NCBI GenBank assembly: GCA_965370205.1
Contig: CBDUUJ010000001.1
Location: 1 to 38,209 of the forward strand
Reading direction: 5' to 3'
DNA: 38,209 bases
DNA from: an uncultured bacterium
Lineage (GTDB): Bacteria; JAJVIF01; JAPKYR01
Shown piece after piece: positions 33,385 to 38,209 of the stretch; within the stretch, counting starts at the first letter, position 1; each line of letters opens with the position of its first letter. A program made the position numbers and the translations under genes. The notes beneath the pieces are model-generated. The model saw only the letters and a list, made by a program, of their open reading frames with translations, did no database searches and was not told the DNA's origin.

Positions 33385-34476
33385 TTATTTTTTTTCCTGT
33401 TGTCTGGAACTTCGACGCCTTCGCGTTGATCCCGTTGGAAGTTCAAGACCCATCGGTTCCAGCTTTTCCCTTATCTCTCTCAATGATTTCTCGCCAAAGT
33501 TCCTGATTTTCAGAAGATCGCTCTCCGGGGTCTGGATCAGCTCTCCAATCGTGGTGACCCCCATCTTGTGAAGGCAGTTCGCCGGACGGATGGGAAGATC
33601 CAGGATATCGACCGACTGCGCAAGAACTCCCTCGGCCTGCGCGGGCGTTTCCAGTGCGAATTCATAGCTCTCCGCATCCTCGGGAAATCGCGCAAACAGG
33701 TTATAATAATTAGTCAGGATATTCGCAGCTTCCTTGAGAGCATCCCTGGGAGTTATTGACCCGTTGGTCTTTACTTCAACGATCAGCTTATCCAGCTCGG
33801 TGTCCTGACCGACACGGGTATTCGTGACCCGGTAATTGCATGCAAGCACCGGAGAGTATTTGCTGTCCATCAGGATTACCCCGAGTGGCGGTCTGGAAAT
33901 ATCGCTCCATTTCGGGTTCAACTGGGACACCTGGTGTCTTTCGCTCGGGATATAACCGACTCCCCTGGCGACCCCGATCTCAATCCTGAGGGAGGCTTTA
34001 TCATCGTTAAGAGTGGCGATGATCTGCTCCGGATCAAGGATCTCGACATCGGGGTTAGGCTTGATATCCTTCGCCTTCACATCTCCCACACCCTGAGCCT
34101 CAAGCGTGAGAATGGCATAGTTGTCCGATCCTTTGAGATGGACGGCCAGAGCCTTGAGGTTCATGAGAAGCTCGATACCATCCTCCTGCACTCCGGGTAT
34201 CGACGAGTATTCATGCAGCGTCTGTTCAAATTTAATATAGCTCACAGCACTGCCTGTGATCGACGAGATAAGCACCCGCCGGATCGCATTGCCAAGCGTC
34301 GTCCCATAACCCCGTGCCAGAGGCGTGATAGTAAACTCTGCAATGTTCAGTTCGCCCTCTTTTTCCTCAGTGGTGATTATTGGGCGTACCTGGTTGAGCC
34401 GCTCGATGAGTTCCAGATCTCGCTCGAACCCAACGACTTCATCTGACTCTTTATCAACTACAGTAATGTTAGCCAT
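33385..34476 (-). CDS. rpoA: DNA-directed RNA polymerase subunit alpha
   Basis: The product shows PLARGYGTTLGNAIRRVLISSITGSAVSYIKF...HEYSSIPGVQEDGIELLMNLK, with a C-terminal domain containing IRPANCLHKMGVTTIGELI...LLKIRNFGEKSLREIREKL. The start is set at the ATG at 34476 (MANITVV, GGAGGG upstream). The longer ORF start at 34524 would overlap rpsD by 23 nt. The N-terminus is ~25 aa longer than in model bacteria. Confidence 0.93.
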   Translation of the reverse strand: MANITVVDKESDEVVGFERDLELIERLNQVRPIITTEEKEGELNIAEFTITPLARGYGTTLGNAIRRVLISSITGSAVSYIKFEQTLHEYSSIPGVQEDGIELLMNLKALAVHLKGSDNYAILTLEAQGVGDVKAKDIKPNPDVEILDPEQIIATLNDDKASLRIEIGVARGVGYIPSERHQVSQLNPKWSDISRPPLGVILMDSKYSPVLACNYRVTNTRVGQDTELDKLIVEVKTNGSITPRDALKEAANILTNYYNLFARFPEDAESYEFALETPAQAEGVLAQSVDILDLPIRPANCLHKMGVTTIGELIQTPESDLLKIRNFGEKSLREIREKLEPMGLELPTGSTRRRRSSRQQEKK

Positions 34477-34501
34477 AAAGGATCTGTCCCTCCAGTACCC
34501 G

Positions 34502-35137
34502 TTATCGGGAGTAGAACTCGACAATCAAATTTACTTGTATCTGATGATCAAACTGACCTTTTTCGGGAGCATGACTGAATGTTCCCCTGAGCTTATTGAA
34601 ATCCATCTCGATCCATGGATATGTGCAGTCTTCTGGCTTGAGGTTGACAACCTCCTGGAACGGAGCCGCCTTGCGTTTCTGAGGCTTGACCTCGATCAAA
34701 TCGCCGTCCCTGAGCATGAAGCTTGAGATATTTACCGGACGTCCATTGACCATAAAATGCCCGTGACATACAAGCTGTCTGGCCTGGGAACGGCTCGCGG
34801 CAAATCCCATACGGTAGATCACATTGTCCAGGCGGCGTTCCAGAAACTCAATCAACTGGTCGCCGGTGACGCCTTTTTTCTGCGATGCTTTCTTGTAATA
34901 GTTCTTGAATTGCCGCTCACTTAAGCCATAAATACGCTTTGCTTTCTGCTTTTCCCGAAGCTGGCCGTTGTAATCGGAGCTGGTGCGCCTGCGTCCGAAA
35001 CGCTGTCCTCCGGGAGGATGCGGATTGCGTCCTTCCTCCATGGAGCACTTCGGGCTGAAGCACCTGCTTCCCTTCAGGAAGAGCTTAGTTTTCTCACGTC
35101 GGCAAAGGCGACAAACCGGTCCTGTGTAACGAGACAA
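34502..35137 (-). CDS. rpsD: 30S ribosomal protein S4 (Cys4 zinc-ribbon form), TTG start
   Basis: The product (M)SRYTGPVCRLCRREKTKLFLKGSRCFSPKC...LERRLDNVIYRMGFAASRSQARQLVCHGHFMVNG is a canonical S4. The start codon read from the sequence is TTG, with GAGGA 7 nt upstream. Confidence 0.96.
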   Translation of the reverse strand: MSRYTGPVCRLCRREKTKLFLKGSRCFSPKCSMEEGRNPHPPGGQRFGRRRTSSDYNGQLREKQKAKRIYGLSERQFKNYYKKASQKKGVTGDQLIEFLERRLDNVIYRMGFAASRSQARQLVCHGHFMVNGRPVNISSFMLRDGDLIEVKPQKRKAAPFQEVVNLKPEDCTYPWIEMDFNKLRGTFSHAPEKGQFDHQIQVNLIVEFYSR

Positions 35138-35160
35138 TATCCTTCCTCACTTCTGTTGAT

Positions 35161-35556
35161 TCAAACTCGACGCCTCTTTCGAGGTCGGCACCCGTTATGC
35201 GGAACGGGTGAAACATCCTTTACAATCCCAAGTTCAAGACCACTCGACATCAGCGCCCGGATCGCGGCTTCACGTCCGCTTCCCGGACCCTTTGTGTAGA
35301 CATCGATGCGGCGCATGCCCATATCCTGGGCAGTCCTCGCGCAATCCCTCGCCGCCTGCGTCGCAGCGAACGGGGTCGATTTCCGCGAACCCTTGAATCC
35401 CTTAGCGCCACCCGATGACCAGACAAGCGTCTTGCCTTCGAGATCAGATATCGTAATTATCGTGTTGTTAAAAGTGGACTTGATGTGCGCGACTCCATGA
35501 GGCACCTGCCTCTTCGCGCGACGTTTTCCACCTTTTGGCGATCTTCGTTTACCCAT
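35161..35556 (-). CDS. rpsK: 30S ribosomal protein S11
   Basis: The product shows [30 protein letters not shown]...[11 protein letters not shown]...[13 protein letters not shown]...[18 protein letters not shown], a canonical S11. Confidence 0.97.
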   Translation of the reverse strand: MGKRRSPKGGKRRAKRQVPHGVAHIKSTFNNTIITISDLEGKTLVWSSGGAKGFKGSRKSTPFAATQAARDCARTAQDMGMRRIDVYTKGPGSGREAAIRALMSSGLELGIVKDVSPVPHNGCRPRKRRRV

Positions 35557-35570
35557 GTTTCAATTCCTGT

Positions 35571-35957
35571 TTATCCCTTCGGTCCCGGCACCTTGCGCTT
35601 GCCGGCCACTGTCCTCTTGGCTCCCTTTCGCATCCTTGCGTTTGTGCGGGTTCTCTGACCCCGCACGGGAAGTCCGCGACGATGTCTCAGACCCTGCCAG
35701 CAGCCAATTTCCATCTTCCGCTTGATATTCTCAACCGTCTGACGTCGGAGATCTCCTTCCACCATGTAATTCTGGTCTATCTCCTCGCGGATTTTCACCG
35801 CTTCTTCCTCGGTAAGGTCCTGCGACCGCTTGCCCGGATCGACTCCGGCTACAGTAAGTATTTTATGCGAACTTGTAAGCCCGATCCCGTATATGTACGT
35901 AAGCGCGATCTCGACCCGTTTGCGGTTAGGTATGTCTATTCCTGCGATACGAGGCAC
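35571..35957 (-). CDS. rpsM: 30S ribosomal protein S13 (GTG start)
   Basis: The S13 N-terminus (M)[25 protein letters not shown] begins at the GTG at 35957, with AAGGAG 9 nt upstream. The longer listed ORF (to 36008) would run through rpmJ and adds a non-homologous Arg/Gly leader. Confidence 0.95.
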   Translation of the reverse strand: MPRIAGIDIPNRKRVEIALTYIYGIGLTSSHKILTVAGVDPGKRSQDLTEEEAVKIREEIDQNYMVEGDLRRQTVENIKRKMEIGCWQGLRHRRGLPVRGQRTRTNARMRKGAKRTVAGKRKVPGPKG

Positions 35958-35973
35958 TTGGCTTCGCTCCTTC

Positions 35974-36087
35974 TTACCCCTGCCTCTGCTTATGGCGGGG
36001 GTTCTCACAGATAACCATCACGCGACCGTGTCGCTTAATGATCTTGCACTTGATGCATATTTTCTTAACGCTCGCGCGTACTTTCAT
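35974..36087 (-). CDS. rpmJ: 50S ribosomal protein L36 (37 aa; below the ORF-track length cut-off)
   Basis: Hand translation of the minus strand gives [37 protein letters not shown] then stop. This is a textbook L36 with the C-x2-C-x12-C-x4-H zinc motif. AAAGGA lies upstream of the ATG. Confidence 0.95.
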   Translation of the reverse strand: MKVRASVKKICIKCKIIKRHGRVMVICENPRHKQRQG

Positions 36088-36108
36088 CGCTATCAGATCC
36101 TTTTCAGC

Positions 36109-36336
36109 CTATCTCATACGCCACACAATTCGGCCTCTCTTGAGATCGTACGGGCTTAACTCCACCTTCACACGATCCCCCAGCGCTATTCGGATAAAAC
36201 TCATTCGTATCTTTCCCGATATGTGCGCCAGAACGTCATGTTCTTCTTTGGCAAGCTTGACCCGAACCTTGAACATCCCGTTCGGCAGGGCCTCGATAAC
36301 TTCGCCCTCAACTTCTATGGCGTCTTCTTTAGGCAT
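36109..36336 (-). CDS. infA: Translation initiation factor IF-1
   Basis: The product [26 protein letters not shown]......[39 protein letters not shown] is a canonical IF-1 S1 fold. Confidence 0.96.
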   Translation of the reverse strand: MPKEDAIEVEGEVIEALPNGMFKVRVKLAKEEHDVLAHISGKIRMSFIRIALGDRVKVELSPYDLKRGRIVWRMR

Positions 36337-36356
36337 ATTCTCTCTATCTTACGCGT

Positions 36357-37016
36357 TCAGGCTTCCAGTGCCGCAAGAACGCGCTGCTTTCCAGCCTCTA
36401 CTCCACCGGTGCCGTCAACTATCACCAGGAGATCCTTTTCCTTATAGTAATCGGCGATCGGCGCTGTTGACTCATGATAAACCCTGAACCTGTTGCGTAC
36501 CGATTCCTCGTTGTCATCCGCACGCTGGATCAGTTCGCCGCCGCACTTGTCGCATACTCCCTCCACCTTCGGCTTCAATGTCAAAATGTTGTAGACCGCC
36601 TTGCAGGATGAACATATCCTGCGGGTGGTCAGCCTCTGAAGGAGTATATCTTCAGGAACCTCAAGAAATACCACTCTCTCGACAACTTCTCCGCCGTTCG
36701 AACCCATCCCGCTCAACGCTCTCGCCTGCTCAAGCGATCGCGGGAACCCGTCCAGCAGCCAACCGCCCTTAACGTCATCTTTCGTCAGCCGGTCCGCTAT
36801 CAGCCTGATGATTAACTCATTGGGAACCAGCTCGCCCTTCTCGACATACGCTTCAGCCTCAAGCCCGAGAGGAGTCTCATCCCTGATGTTATCGCGGATG
36901 ATGCTGCCGGTATCCACATGGGGAATTCCCAGCGTCCCGGCGATCAGCGCAGCCTGCGTACCCTTGCCGGCTCCGGGAGGTCCAAACAGAAGCAGTCTTT
37001 TCACGTAATCCGTCAT
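36357..37016 (-). CDS. adk: Adenylate kinase (zinc-lid form)
   Basis: The product has the P-loop LLLFGPPGAGKGTQA, then TGSIIRDNI...GELVPNELI...LLDGFPRSLEQA, and a lid with CSSC...CDKC. Confidence 0.95.
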   Translation of the reverse strand: MTDYVKRLLLFGPPGAGKGTQAALIAGTLGIPHVDTGSIIRDNIRDETPLGLEAEAYVEKGELVPNELIIRLIADRLTKDDVKGGWLLDGFPRSLEQARALSGMGSNGGEVVERVVFLEVPEDILLQRLTTRRICSSCKAVYNILTLKPKVEGVCDKCGGELIQRADDNEESVRNRFRVYHESTAPIADYYKEKDLLVIVDGTGGVEAGKQRVLAALEA

Positions 37017-37064
37017 TTTTCTCTATTCAACCCGTTAACCGGGCATTTCTTGCGCAAACGATCA

Positions 37065-37093
37065 ATTATACTACGATAAACTCAATCCGCAAC
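37065..37093 (-). promoter_or_regulatory. Possible internal promoter upstream of adk (GTTGCG - 17 nt - TATAAT)
   Basis: The minus strand of the 91-nt secY-adk spacer reads GGGGGTTGCGGATTGAGTTTATCGTAGTATAATTGATCG. The -10 is perfect and the -35 is weak. Confidence 0.25.
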
Positions 37094-37107
37094 CCCCATC
37101 AGCACAA

Positions 37108-38209
37108 TTATCCAAGCGAACTTTCATATTTCAGCATCGTCAGCCGCGCATCAAGCTCTCTCACCGTGTCCAGCGCGACACCCACCATGATCAGAATACT
37201 CGTCCCTCCGATCAGATTGAGCGTTGACAGATTACTGAACCAGTAGAAATACAGAACGCTTGGAATAACAGCCACCGACGCCAGGTATAGTGCTCCAAGG
37301 AAAGTGGTTCGTTCCAGAATCCTGCTGATAAACGCCTCGGTCCTCGGACCCGGTCGAACTCCCTGGATATATCCGCCGTTCTTTTTCAGATTCTCAGCGA
37401 TATCTTTCGGGTTGAAAGTGACGGCGGTATAGAAATATGTGAACACTATCGTTAACAGCGCATAGGCTAAAAAGTAAAGCCAGCTGTTCGGGAACCAGCT
37501 TCCGAAGACGGCGAATCCGCGCGATAATGCGTTCGTCGAGTTGATACTGCAGAAGTTGCCGATCGTGCTGGGCATGATCAGGACGGATATCGCGAAGATG
37601 ATCGGGATAACTCCCGCCATGTTGACCTTCAACGGCAGGTAATGCGTGTGACTCTCGTAAAATCTTCTGCCGACCTGCCTTCTGGCATAGTGGATGGGTA
37701 TCCGCCGCTCGGCAAGATGCATGTAGGTGATGCACCAGATCATACCCACTGAGAGCAGGCAGAACAGGAAAACTGTTTTGATTACTTCACCGCTGCCATT
37801 GACCGCGGCTGTAGACAGGTCCTGCGTGAAGGTCATCGGGATGCTCGAGATAATACCCGCGAAAATGATAAGGCTGACCCCGTTGCCGACCCCATGCTCG
37901 GTGATAAGCTCGCCGATCCACATGAGCAGGAACGTTCCGGCGGTCATTGTGGCGACTATCAGCACAACATTGAAATAATAGGCAAAACCCTGAAGGTCTC
38001 CCGCGATGATTCCATAATTTCTGAACAGTGTCAGAAGCCCGATGGCCTGGAAAGCGGCAAGAAAAACCGTGGAGTAGCGTACGTACTGCTGGATGGCTCT
38101 CCGACCAGCCTCCCCTTCTTTCTGAAGTTCCTCAAGCTGGGGGATGATCACGACGAGCAGGTTGAAGATAATGCTCGCGTTAATATAGGGCATAACACCC
38201 AGAGCGAAT
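37108..38209 (-). CDS. secY: Preprotein translocase subunit SecY, N-terminus off-window
   Basis: The ORF stays open to the window edge. The product is a multi-pass membrane protein with SecY motifs (LFQAIGL-type TM region, [23 protein letters not shown]..., [31 protein letters not shown]). Confidence 0.93.
   Translation of the reverse strand, partial: FALGVMPYINASIIFNLLVVIIPQLEELQKEGEAGRRAIQQYVRYSTVFLAAFQAIGLLTLFRNYGIIAGDLQGFAYYFNVVLIVATMTAGTFLLMWIGELITEHGVGNGVSLIIFAGIISSIPMTFTQDLSTAAVNGSGEVIKTVFLFCLLSVGMIWCITYMHLAERRIPIHYARRQVGRRFYESHTHYLPLKVNMAGVIPIIFAISVLIMPSTIGNFCSINSTNALSRGFAVFGSWFPNSWLYFLAYALLTIVFTYFYTAVTFNPKDIAENLKKNGGYIQGVRPGPRTEAFISRILERTTFLGALYLASVAVIPSVLYFYWFSNLSTLNLIGGTSILIMVGVALDTVRELDARLTMLKYESSLG

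Overview
38.2-kb bacterial chromosomal window with consistent GGAGG-type Shine-Dalgarno use. I saw no mobility genes, tRNAs, rRNAs or CRISPR. Layout: (i) 1-2847 (+) is the 3' ~2.8 kb of carB, with the N-terminus off-window. (ii) 2888-28260 (-) is a ~25.4-kb head-to-tail array of seven intact paralogous genes. Each encodes a ~1,140-aa predicted lipoprotein: lipobox signal peptide, Pro-rich tether, a ~365-aa highly conserved N-terminal module I cannot assign to a named family, a PPC-like (pre-peptidase C-terminal type) module, and ~14 LVIVD-type beta-propeller repeats ending in a conserved ...I(F/W/H)(D/Q/E)LY C-terminus. The array is interrupted once (6466-7209) by a small, extremely acidic secreted protein made of two tandem PPC domains. 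(iii) 28387-30477 (+) is a divergently transcribed, membrane-anchored heparinase II/III-like (polysaccharide-lyase fold) protein. (iv) A ~0.7-kb poorly coding spacer follows, with one doubtful 74-aa ORF. (v) 31199-38209 (-) is the conserved translation cluster secY(partial)-adk-infA-rpmJ-rpsM-rpsK-rpsD-rpoA-rplQ-truA-rplM-rpsI. The stand-out is the paralogue array. Its 5' ~1.1-kb modules stay near-identical and show mosaic, gene-conversion-like tracts, while the 3' ~2.2 kb diverge to motif level. An extended -10 promoter cassette recurs at fixed spacing before alternate copies, and the outermost promoter carries a T10 homopolymer at its -35 position. Function is unknown. A diversified surface-recognition repertoire is my inference, not a demonstrated fact. 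All identities quoted were counted by eye over short stretches; no database search or alignment software was available.
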